Shown here piece by piece: positions 13,511 through 25,432 of a stretch of DNA of 64,000 nt. A program made the translations under genes and the position numbers. Numbering within the stretch: position 1 is the stretch's first letter; the number at the start of each line of letters is the position of its first letter. Source of the DNA: Azolla caroliniana (Eukaryota > Plantae > Polypodiophyta); the NCBI GenBank assembly GCA_043228905.1, contig JBHGNT010000009.1, positions 7,812,001 through 7,876,000 on the forward strand. The letters run 5' to 3'. The notes under the pieces are model-generated. The model did not search any database, was not told the origin of the DNA, and saw nothing but the letters and a program-made list of their open reading frames with translations.

Positions 13511-13554
13511 CCATGGGTTCGACGTACAAGGTACTATCCCACGGGCATGCCATG
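13511..13554 (+). other. Second copy of the tRNA-like 3' element
   Basis: CCATGGGTTCGACGTACAAGGTACTATCCCACGGGCATGCCATG immediately precedes the LTR TG. Confidence 0.72.
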
Positions 13555-13960
13555 TGTTGGTCGGTTAGGCTAAAGTATGAAAGGGGAGCCGGGTTTGGGA
13601 TAAAGGGAGTTGTGATAAGAATTAATTATTATAATTATAAGATCTAACAGATGGACCCGAAATCGGACCAGTTAGTAGACGGTTGCCGGTTGGCACCGGT
13701 TGGTAACACAGCTGAATACCTATAAAAGGATCCGGATAATGAATAGAGAAGTGTTGTTATTTTCATATCTTGTCTATCCTGTTATTTCTGTTCTGTGCTT
13801 AATAATGCTTATTCTACACGTGTAACTAATCGATCCGGATAACAATCGAAGAGGGACGACTCTGTGTTACGGTCCTTCTATCCCTTGTCATACCACCCGT
13901 TTGGTGAAGTGTTCCGAAAGGACACCCTATGTTAGTGGCTTGTCCAGCCCAGGATTAACA
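13555..13960 (+). repeat. LTR of the decayed extra-ORF Gypsy
   Basis: TG..CA ends resemble the intact element's termini (TGTTACTCGG..GATTAACA). TATAAAAG at ~13721. Confidence 0.75.
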
Positions 13961-15517
13961 CAGTTTTGGCACAATACAACCTCTACCCGAAAGGTTCGGG
14001 TAAGTCGAGACGTAGTCTTTGATGAATCAACATCATGGTATGAACCCAATTCGACTCCATCTGGCCTGATTGAAAAAGAGTCAGACATCAATTTGGAGGA
14101 TGACATTTCGCGGAGGCCCATACCTAATGAAAGTCCAAGCTCAACCATGATGAGCGGACCATCAGTGCCTCCGAGAAACCAAATCACAATGCAACCATCA
14201 GCCAGACCGGACAAAGGGTAAAGGTAAGATGCTCGAATATGAAGTTGACCACCTTGACGAAAGCGATTTGGACGTGTCGGCCCGCTCACTAGACAGTGGG
14301 TTTGGTGTACCCATTATGCGGACACCCGATGTAAAGAAGGCATTGGCATTGACAAACGAAAAACTCCAATGCTCGTCCAGAGAGAAGAATTCAGTCACCC
14401 GAACAAGAGGCTAAAAGCTTTACGGAAGCGGCTCATGACCCCTGGTGGATGGAAGCCATGGATGAAGAAATGCAAGCTTCAATTGAAAATGAAACATGGG
14501 ACCTCCAACCACTCCCACCACACAAGAAAGCAATCGGTTGTCGCTAGATATACAAAATTAAATACAATGCTGATGGAACAATTAACCGATACAAGGCTCA
14601 ACTTGTAGCAAAGGGGTATATTTAGACCTATGGGACTGATTATCAAGAAACCTTTGCCCTGGTGGCAAAGATGACCACTATCCGGACAGTCATAGCACTA
14701 ACTGCGGCAAAGGGGTGACATCTCCACCAAATGGATGTCAAGAATGCATTTCTCCAATGTGAACTAGAGGAGGAAGTCTACATGGTACAACTGTTGTAAA
14801 TGAGGGACCTGCCACAACTGGTTTTCAAGCAAGGTGCAAAGACAAGAAACTAAAACCGAAAATGCATAGATGTAGAGACACAAGATATTAACATGGACAA
14901 CCTTGAATGGGAAGAACCACGGGAGGCCACAGACTCCGAAATAGAGTCACTAAGTGGAGAGAACTATACAAAATACACCAACGCCACAACCTTGAGCTCG
15001 AGTTTGTCTTACAGACGGTTACAACATTCTCACTTAGCACACACACATAACAACTTTGTACATACGATGATTACCCTCAAATAATATCTCATCATCACAT
15101 GATGATTTGCCCTAGGTGTATTTATACTTATGCATAGTATGGGCTATTTACAAATGTGGCCTCTGATTGACTACGGTCGAATCGGCCTTCGACTCTCTAT
15201 CGGCCTTCATTCGATTCGGTTCTCAGCCAGTCCACATCCGATTCGGCTGTTAGTCGATCGGTTTCGGTCAATCTAGTTTTCCAACTCATCCCATCCGGAG
15301 GGACCAGTTATCCCAACAAACTCCCCCTTCACTCCAGGATGGGGAAGTTTAACAATCCGACTCTTTGTCGACATGCGCTCAACTTGTCCATTGACAACAC
15401 CTTCGTCAACATGTCTGATCCATTGTCACCTATATGGATCTTTACTAGGATGAAATCCCTTTCTTCTACCCTTTGTTTAAGCCAATGATATTTCTATCGG
15501 ATGTGCTTCGTTCTTGA

Positions 15518-16160
15518 TGCTGAAATAAGCAAGCTCATTAGTATATTGAGTTTTTATAACTAGGATATAAGTATTATTTAATAAATAAGTATATATTAAG
15601 TAGCCTAATATTTTATTAAAATTTAATAACATAGTAAATAATACTAATAATTAAAATATGTCATAAAGATTTTATATTAGACATATATCCATGTATTTAC
15701 TTTAAAAGTAGTGAGCAAGAAAAAAAGTAAAAGAGTAATTCTATGGTGAAACAAAGAAGTGTGCACAAAGGAAGAAAAAGAGGAGCAAAGCAATGGTAAA
15801 AAATATATCAAAAAGATGAACCACTCAAATTAGACATGCAACTAGAAAGACACAACCTCTCCTATAAAAGGCAATGCATAGATGTATGAGTATATGCTAA
15901 AAATAGAGAAGCACCCTCCACAAGCTAGAGTTAACTTATGTTAATCCTCTTCTCTCCTACATCATCTAAGCTATTCGTGCTCATGTATAAGAAATAATCC
16001 TCTTCTAATATAATCTATTTGATTTATATGCTTGTCTAATTACATGAGTTTCTTCTTATGTCTCATGATTTTTAGTTTCTATCACTAATTAAACATATAT
16101 TATGAATTACAAATGACCTACTACTCTTCTACCTATGTGAGAATAGCATAAATTCTTACA
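15518..16160. mobile_element. AT-rich solo LTR inserted in the Copia RNase H
   Basis: TG..CA termini, TSD CTTGA (15513-15517, 16161-16165), TATAAAAG at ~15864. Confidence 0.8.
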
Positions 16161-19100
16161 CTTGAGTGGTAGGCGGCATTCTTAGCAAGGTGGATGGCAC
16201 TTTCATTGTCACAGTGTAGTCGGAATTGTTCTTGTCGCATTCCCAACTCACTAATAAAATCCCTCATCCAAATGATTTCCTTGTTGGCTTCGAAAATAGC
16301 CATATACTCCGCTTCGGTGGTCGATAGAGCCACAACCATTTGCAACCTCGACTGCCATGAGATGGCTCCCGCTGCAAACATCATCACATATCTGGATGTG
16401 GACCGGTTGATATCTGGATGTGGACCGGTTGGTATCTGCATCAGCCGACATGTCGGAATATATGAACCCTTCCAAAATGGGGTTACATGAGCTGTAATGC
16501 TTGAGGTTCCTCTCAAGTACTGAAGTATCCACTTGACCGTAGTCCAATGCTCCTTGCCAAGATTGCTCATAAATCGACTGACTACTCAGGTAACATATGC
16601 AATGTCCAACTTGGTGCAAACCATTGCATACATAAGGTTTCTGATAGTTGAGACATAGGGGATCTTGTTCATCCCAGCTTTCTCCGCTTCCGTCTTCGGA
16701 AATTGGTTTCCGCTCAACTTACAGTTTGTCAGCAATGTTGAGCCGACTGGCTTGGCATTCAACATGTTGAATCTCTAGAGCACCTTTGTCACATATTTTT
16801 CTCTTGACAACTATTTGCTTAGCCGGACCCATATCCTTCATAGCAAAAGATTTGCCCAAGGCCTTTTTCAAGCGTCCAATTTTCTTCAGGTCTTGTCTAA
16901 CAATCAACATGTCATCAACATAGAATAGGAGGATAAGGAAGTCTCGTCCATCATACTTCTCCACGAAGACACAATGGTCAGCTTGTGTCTTGTGAAAACC
17001 ATGGTCTACTATGAAGGATTCAAATTTCGGGTACCATTGCTAGGGCATTTGCTCCAACCCATACAAGCTCTTCCACAACCGACATACTAGGTTTTCTTTT
17101 CCTTTCTCTACAAATCCTTCAGGTTGCCACATTTAGATCTCTTCCTCTAGATCTCCACGTAAGAAAGCTATTTTGACATCCAACTGTTCGACCTCCAAGT
17201 CCATGTTGGTTGCAATGCTCAACACCATTCATATGGATGTCATTTTCACTATCGGGGCAAATATTTCGTCGAAATCTATACCATTTTTTTGTTGGAAACC
17301 CTTCATCACAATGTGGGCTTTGTACCTGGGTGGATTCCCGCCTTCTCTCGGTTTCAACTTGTAAACCCACTTATTCCGAAGTGCCTTCTTCCCTTCCGGC
17401 AACTTGTGTGGTTCTCCTACAAGGAATCCATCTCGTCTTGCATGACATGTAACCACTCTTGGCTGTGGGAATCTCTTAGCTTCCTCGAAGTTTTCCGGCT
17501 CCCCCTCATCGGTTAAGAGAACATATTCTTTTTTCGGAAATCTGCGGGGGACCCTTCTGTTCCTCAGGGGGTATCTCTTGCCTTGGTGCTTATCAGTCGG
17601 CTCTTCATCTGAATCCGATTTGGCTACTTCTACGGATCCATACGATCTGGCTCCCTGTCCGGGTCCAACTGGACGCATTTTGGCTGATTCAGATCCTTGT
17701 CCAGATCTGACCTCCAAATGTCCTCAGGCTGATCTGGCTCCATTTCTGGATCCGGCTAGCCCATTGTCTTCTTTCATTGACATCTGGCTTCCAATCAATT
17801 GGGTGCAAATCTCATCGAGGGTTGACTTGGAGGATGATCTCGTCTTCTCCATCTCCTAATTGGAAATAGTATTTTCTTCCATGAAATCTATGTCCCGACT
17901 CCTAATGAACTTCTTGTCAATTAGGTCCCATAGTTGATAGCCGAATTCATATTCGCCGTACCTCAAAAAAATACATGGTCGACTCTTAGGATCCAAATTT
18001 CCCCTCTACTCCTTGGAAACATGCACATATGAGAGACAACCGAACACCCTCAGATGTCGGTATGCCACATCTTTGCCGGTCCACACTCTTTGTGGGATAT
18101 CACCATCTAAGGGAACTGAGGGAGACTTGTTTATGACGTGGACGACCGTCATCAATGCCTTAGCCCAATAAGTTTTCGGAAATTTAGCATGACCCAACAT
18201 ACATAAGGCCCTTTCCATTACGGTCTAGTTCATCCTTTCGGCCATTCCGTTTAGTTCCGGAGTCTTTGACACTATATACCCCAACCGGATACCTTGTGAT
18301 CGACAATATTCTTCAAACTGCCCTTTATACTCCCCTCCATTGTCTGTTCGAACGGCCTTCAGCTTTCATCCAGATTCCGTTTCTGTTCTTGCATGAAACT
18401 CTTTAAAGATGGATAACACCTGGTTCTTTGTCTTCAACACGAAAGCCCACAACTTTTGTCTATAGTCATCTATAAAGGTCACAAAATATTGTGCACCAGC
18501 ATGTAACTTCGCATCAACATATCATACGCCTATATGCACGAGTTCCAAAGCATTCTTCCGCCTCATCGAAGGCCGAGGGTGAACAATGGCCCTGTTTTGG
18601 TTACCGGCCAGGCAGTCCACACACTTATCGAGATGCACTTTCTTCACCTCCGGTAGGAGTTCTCCTTTGGTTAGGATATGCATGGCCTTTTGACTCATGT
18701 GGCCTAATCTCTTATGCCACAACTCACCCACCGGTTGTGTCAATTGCCACATTTACCTCGTTTCAGCGCAATCGTGCATGCATCACATATAATGTATTTT
18801 GCTTCTAGGCACGAACCACAATTAGGTTCGCTTTGCAGAATTTCAACATGCCGTTTCAGAAGTTACCACTATATAAACTTCGTCATTGAGCTGTTCATCC
18901 GATATCAGATTCAATCTGATATCCGGAACATGACACACATCCTTCAACATCATTTTGCAGCTTGTTGAGGTCAACAACCATACATTTCTAATTCTGACGA
19001 TCTTGCATGCACCATCATTTACCATCTTCGCGTAGTCGTAATCTCCGGCCATGTAGGATGAGAAACATTCTCTGTTGGGGGTCAAGTGAAATGACTCATT

Positions 19101-19205
19101 GGAATCGACCACCCATGTCGATTCTTCACCAACGAGATTTAGATCGTTCTATTCATTGATGAACAATAGCTCCTCTTCGCTTGTGGTGATGGCTGAGGTG
19201 ATCTT

Positions 19206-19521
19206 TGTCATGATATGGCAAAACTCGAACCCATGACCTTATGTTATATGGGTCGAGCTCTTGACCATTATACCATCTATTGTAATATGTAGGATATTAT
19301 TTTCATTTAAGTTTTATTATAGGAAATTAATGTATATTCCAGATTTCTCTAGAACATTCTAGAAGCTTCGGGATTACTCCTGAGAACACTATAAAAGAAG
19401 GCATTAGGCATTATGTTAAACCAAATTGGTTCAACGCCAGTCTTAAGCCTCATAGCCATCTTGTACTTACTCTTCCTATAATATATCATCTGTTATCATC
19501 ATCTCTCTCTCTCTCTCTCTC

Positions 19522-19567
<46 letters not shown>

Positions 19568-22500
19568 TCTCTTTCCCCCCTCTCGGGAGTCTTACGCAGT
19601 CCCGTCCTCTTAGTACTAATAGTACTTCCCCTCTCTAGTACTAATTCTCTCTCTGTTTTAGTACTATTACTGACAGTTTGAACCAATTTCTCCTCTCTAG
19701 TCTTTCTTTTGGTTTCCCTCATCCTCTTATCCTTTTTCTATACAATGGCTTCTTTTAGCGCCCAAGAATACCAATCCGTTTTCTCTGAGCTATAGTGTCT
19801 AAAAGAAAAATTTGTTGCCTTGGAACAAGAAAACCAACGGTTGTTAGGGGATCTTCAACAAATCGCATTAGAAAAACAACAAACGCAGCAACAACATGGG
19901 GAGTTGCAACAACAACATGGGGAGTTAGCGTTATGTGTGCAACAACTTGAAGCAGCGTTGCAACAACAAGGATCAAGTTCCCATGGATTTCATAAAGAGC
20001 CCAAGATTGGACTTCCTATGAAATTTGATGGAACGCAATCGCAATTTAGGGGATTCCTCAATCAGGTATGCTTAGTTATTCAAATGCATCCTTCTCGATA
20101 CCCCACTGATCAGATATCCCCTGGGATGATCAAGCACTAATGGAGCAGTTTTGCTACGGCCTGCGAAATGATGTCAAAGATCTACTTCTAACATTCCCCG
20201 AAGAACCAAATTCTCTTACGGAAGCAATCAGTCGAGCGGTCCGATGTGACAACCGCCTTTTCGAACGATGTTCGGAACGTCAATTATAGATACCACGCTC
20301 TAGGCCGGAGCCCACTTATGTCTCAGTCGCGGCTAAACCGTTTGCACGAGACATACCTCAAGCAAATACTCTGATACCAATGGAGATCGATACCATGCGT
20401 CGACGTGGCCCGTTATCGGAAGAAGAAAAGCAACGATGACGTGCAAATCAATTATGTCTTTATTGCGGTGGACTAGGGCATATTGCAATCAATTGTCCCC
20501 ATAGGCCAAGAAGACATGTAAATCAAATCGTAGCCTGTACTAAACCCGAGTCAATTCTTCCCTTAGGAGTGTCTGGTAGTATTAATAGTACTAATAGAGT
20601 GTTTGATAGTATTAATAGTACTAATAGCCCAAGTATCTCAAACAAATTTGAAATCCTTAGTCAATTAGATGAAGAGTTAAACGATTGAGTATAGCCAAAA
20701 TAGGAGCCGTTTGGTTGGACAACCCTAGATCTGTACAACCCATTAGTGGTTCCATTCCCTCCAAGCAAGTTAGCAATGTGTTTCTAGCCCAAGTCATGGT
20801 TAGTACTAAAAGTACTCCCCCAGTACATGTCCTAGCACTTCTAGATTCCGGAGCTAATTCCTGTTTCATGGATCGAAATTTTGCCCAAGCTTCTCAGATA
20901 TCCTTAAGAAAACTTCCTTGCCCCGCATCTGTAGTAGTCATTGATGGTCGTCCCATTGCTTCCGGGAATATTGTAGAAGAGTCAGAACCCATTCAAGTTG
21001 TCCTAGGTAGTTTTGTGTGTGTAGTTGCATTTAATATAATTAGTAGTCCAGAGCATCCCATTGTCCTGGGATGACCTTGCTTTGAATTACATAATCCAGA
21101 CATAGATTGGAGAACAAGAGAAGTCCGACATCGACAACCCCAAGAATCTACTTATCGAGTTTCAACCATTTCACTACGTCAATTACGTGAAGAAGGACAC
21201 AAGGAGGCAATGTTCCTATTTGCAATATTAGTACATCCTTCCAACACTATTAAGGAGGCATCCTTTGTACAACTTCCGACGAAATATCATCCTTATGCCA
21301 ATGTATTTGACAAGGTAAAAGCCAGTACTCTTCCTCATCATCGTCCCTATGATTGTCCCATCGATCTACAACCGGGAGCAGAGCCACCATGGGGACCAAT
21401 TTACAACTTGTCCCCCACCGAGTTAGAAGTCCTTTGAGCCTACATAGAGGAGAACTTGGCAAGCGGGTTTATTCGTCATTCGAAATCTCTGGCCGGTGCA
21501 CCCATCTTCTTTGTCAAGAAGAAAGATGGCTCACTTTGTCTCATCGTTGATTACCGCGGCTTAAATAAAGTCACCATCCGGAATAGGTAGGTACTTCCTC
21601 TTATATCAAGTCTTTTAGAGCGAGTTAATGGTGACAAGTTTTAAATTACAAAAATCGATCTACGAGGAGAGTATAACCTTGTGCGGATTTGACCGGGAGA
21701 TGAATGGAAGACCGCCTTTCGCACGTGGTATGGGCATTTCGAATATACTGTTATGCCGTTTGGTCTAACCAATGCACCTGCAGTCTTCCAACACATGGCA
21801 AATGATATATTCAGAGACCTCTTGGATATTTGTTTGATCATCTATCTGGATGATCTATTGATTTATTCGAAGACCCAGGAAGAGCACGATTCTCATGTAC
21901 TATTAGTACTAAAATGACTCCACGAGAATGGTCTTTATGGCCAAGCTAGAAAAATGTAGCTTTGACTGCAAGCAAGTGGAATTTCTAGGCTACGTCATCT
22001 CTTCAAAGGGCATCTCCATGGATCCAGCTAAAGTCCAAATTGTGCTAGAGTGGCAAATTCCACGCTCGGTACGAGATGTACAATGTTTTCTAGGTTTTGC
22101 TAACTTCTACTACAAGTTTATACAGGATTACTCGAAGATTATTTTACCTCTCACACAACTTACGAAGAAGGGACAACCATTTCTTTGGTCCAATGAAGCG
22201 GACATGGCTTTTTGGCATCTTAAGAAAGCCTTTACATTAGCTCCTATTCTAGCTCATGTGGATACAAAGAAACCATTCATCAAGGAGGCCGATGCATCGG
22301 ATTTCGCTCTCGGTAGCATCCTTTCTCAACAAGGAGATAAAGAAGAGTTACATCCTGTGGCTTTCCATTTGTGCAAATTCGATGCCGTGGAAATCAACTA
22401 CGAAATACATGACAAGGAGTTATTAGCCATCGTGGATTCCTTTGTGCAATGGCGGAATTTCTTAGAGGGCTCTCCACATCAGGTCATCGTCTTTAGTGAT

Positions 22501-24568
22501 CACAAAAACCTTGCTTATTTCCAGAACGCTCGGGTGCTAAATCGACGACAAGATCGGTGGGCTCAATTCCTCACACGTTTCGACTTCAAAATCACATATC
22601 GATCGGGGAAGCAACAAGGAAAAGCAGATGCGCTATCACGGTGTTCATATCTTGCACCTCGTCCTAGTGATCCAGCGTTTGATAATCAAAAGCAAGTAAT
22701 CTTGGGACCAACACGATTGCACACAACGCGGATTTTTCACACTCCAATGGATTCCCGGATTACCGATACCATAAGTGCGAACTTGAAGACAACCAATTTT
22801 GGTCAATACATTCTGGTGCACATTGATACCTCTCGGGCATCCTGTTCCCAATCTCAACAACTAGGTATGGACTATCGACAATTCGAATATCATGATGGTT
22901 TGTTATTCTTTAAAAATCTTGCATATGTCCCCGATTGCTCCTGTCACCTTCAAATCATCCAAAATTCCCACGACACCCATACGACGGGACATTTTAGTAG
23001 TACTAAGACGTTGGATCTCGTTCAACAATCTTTTTGGTGGCCCCATATGCGACGTTTTGTCGACGACTACGTTCGGACTTGTGATGCTTGCTACCGAGCA
23101 AAGATGCCCCGACACCATCCATATGGCTTGTTGGAACCCTTACCGATTCCAAGTAGATCTACCGGTCTCGAAGGGGTTCGATGCTATCTTAGATTTGCCG
23201 GTCTCGAAGGGGTTCGATGCTATCTTAACCATCGTCGATCGATATACCAAGATGGCACATTTTGTGCCGTGTACTAAGGTCATCACTAGTGAGGAAACTA
23301 CCGCCCTTGTCATGCGTGAGGTATTTCGGCATCATGGCCTCCCAGACAATATCATCAGTGACCGAGGAACTCAATTCGTCTCCAAATTTTGGCAGCATCT
23401 CTTCAAGATGCTCAAGGTCTCTTGCAACCTCTCCTCCGGCTACCATCCCCAGATCGATGGGCAGGTGGAACGAACAAACCAAACGTTGGAACAATATCTC
23501 TGGTGTTTTTTGAGTTATCAACAGGACGATTGGGCCGAGATTCTCCACTTTTCAAAGTTTGCATATAATAATGTTGTTCACTTCTCGACTCGGGTCTCCC
23601 CATTTTACACTTACACCGGTTCTCATGCTCGTTGGTCGGTGATCGGCACCCTGAGGCTACCTGCCAATCCTCGTGTCGAGGATCATTTCGAGAGGCTACG
23701 CAAGATCCAGATGGATCTCTCTACTCATCTTCGTCATGCTCAACACACAGAAGACTTATACGGATCTTCATTGGCTTCCCTCCTCTTTTGCCATCGGAGA
23801 TCGCGTATGGCTCTTACGTCGTCACATCAAGACTACTCGACCATGCGACAAGTTGGACTATCGAGGACTCGTTCCTTTCCGTATTACTAGTAAGTTTAAT
23901 GATGTCACGTTCCGCCTTGATCTCCCTCCGCATCTTCAGATACATCCGGTTTTCCATAGCTCTCTTCTTGAACCTTATAAAGCAAACACTATTCCCGATC
24001 GTGTTACACCATTGCCGCCCCCGTTTGAGTTGGAAGCTGGCCCGGAGTATGAAGTTGCTGCCGTCCTCGATTCCAAACTTGTTCGCAACAAAATTGATCA
24101 TTTGGTCGTCCGAGCAAACGTACATGGGAACCTGTCGAGCATGTCACCAATGCTCATGATCTTCTTGCTGAGTTCCACCGAAAGTATCCGGACAAACCCG
24201 GTCCGCATTCAGCGCCGACTCGTTCCACTCGTCGTCTTAAGGGGGAGATAGTGTCCTGATATGGCAAGACTCAAACCCATGACCTTATGTTATATGGGTC
24301 GAGCTCTTGACCATTATACCATCTATTGTAATACGTAGGATATTATTTTCATTTAAGTTTTATTATAGGAAATTAATGTATATTCCAGATTTCTCTGGAA
24401 CATTCTAGAAGCTTCAGGATTACTCCTGAGAACACTATAAAAGAAGGCACTAGGCATTAAGTTGAACCAAATTGGTTCAACACCAGTCTTAAGCCTCATA
24501 GCCATCTTGTACTTACTCTTCCTATAATATATCATTTGTTATCATCATCTCTCTCTCTCTCGTCCTCA

Positions 24569-24607
<39 letters not shown>

Positions 24608-24715
24608 TCTCTTTCCTCCCTCTCAAGAGTCTTACACAGTCCCGTCCTCTTAGTACTAATAGTACTTCCCTTCTCTAGTACTAATTCTCTCTCTGTTTTA
24701 GTACTATTCCTGACA
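19206..24715 (+). mobile_element. Full-length Tcn1-like chromovirus (degenerate gag-pol)
   Basis: LTRs 19206-19675 and 24252-24715, TSD ATCTT, gag (PMKFDGT..FRGFL, CLYCGGLGH..C), PR, RT, RH, INT, partly deleted chromodomain, PPT at ~24239-24250. Confidence 0.95.
19678..19689 (+). promoter_or_regulatory. Self-priming PBS (Tf1/Tcn1 type)
   Basis: TTGAACCAATTT is the exact reverse complement of AAATTGGTTCAA at 19423-19434, ~33 nt downstream of the LTR TATA box. No tRNA-type TGG PBS is present. Confidence 0.8.
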
Positions 24716-24775
24716 ATCTTGCTATCCGAAATCTTTTTCGGCTCGACACCATTAGCTCCACCTTTGTCCTTTCGG

Positions 24776-25432
24776 TGTCATACCTTTCGGCGCCGGATCG
24801 TTGAGTGAGTCGGGTGGGAACCACCGAGGTTTTGGACTAGGAGGAGGAGAGTTTTAAGGACAATAAGAATATGTGTATATTATAAGAAAGAAATATCGAA
24901 AACTCGTAAAATCCCACGAATGTATTTTATTATATTAATCAAGCCTTAGAATTCTAATAGTAAATTGGATTAGATTAGAAAAGATAGATCCAAAATTGGG
25001 AATCACCCGAATATAGTCAATTTGATCAATATTTAGAAAACCAAATCAACAACCCTTTAAAATTTGCTCCCCCATCCTTATATAGTGATGGGAGAGTCTT
25101 AGTTTACCGCACGCAAGCATCTAAGTTTACGACATGTGCATGATTAGCTTTTCTATCACACTTTTTCATTTAACTCGAGTGTGTATGCATGAATATCTTT
25201 TTCTATCATGCTTATCTAGAATATTTACATGGGACAAATTTTAGTATAACTTAAATACTTATCATGTGTTACTGCAATGGTAAGGCTTGAAATTGATAAT
25301 ATGGAGGTAGAGGGTTCAAATCTTGCCCTATGCATGTAACATAATTTTTTTAGTATTTTCTCCTATTTCTTTGTACTTAGTCAATAGGTACTCCACACAT
25401 ATTTTACGTAGTGTACAAAGTACACTACGACA
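24776..25432 (-). mobile_element. Solo LTR of another family inserted in the Copia gag
   Basis: TGTCA..CGACA termini. Flanks TCGG/CTGG are both one C->T from CCGG, the sequence at the homologous uninterrupted Copia site (61381). Minus-strand CTATATAAG at ~25080. Confidence 0.75.

Larger units (their letters stand above)
11803..13973 (+). mobile_element. Decayed 3' part of a non-chromovirus Gypsy: extra coiled-coil ORF, tRNA-like 3' element, LTR, PBS stub
   Basis: The frame at 12831-13010 is homologous to the C-terminal motif of ORF 36948-39575. The 44-nt element at 13511-13554 matches 36904-36947. LTR TGTTGGTCGG..GATTAACA at 13555-13960. Confidence 0.8.

Noticed and set aside
13590-13620. 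GGGATAAAGGGAGT-TGTGAT as PPT and LTR start of the decayed Gypsy
   Set aside because: Homology of the termini and of the 44-nt element to the TSD-bounded intact copy puts the LTR start at 13555, so this tract lies inside U3.
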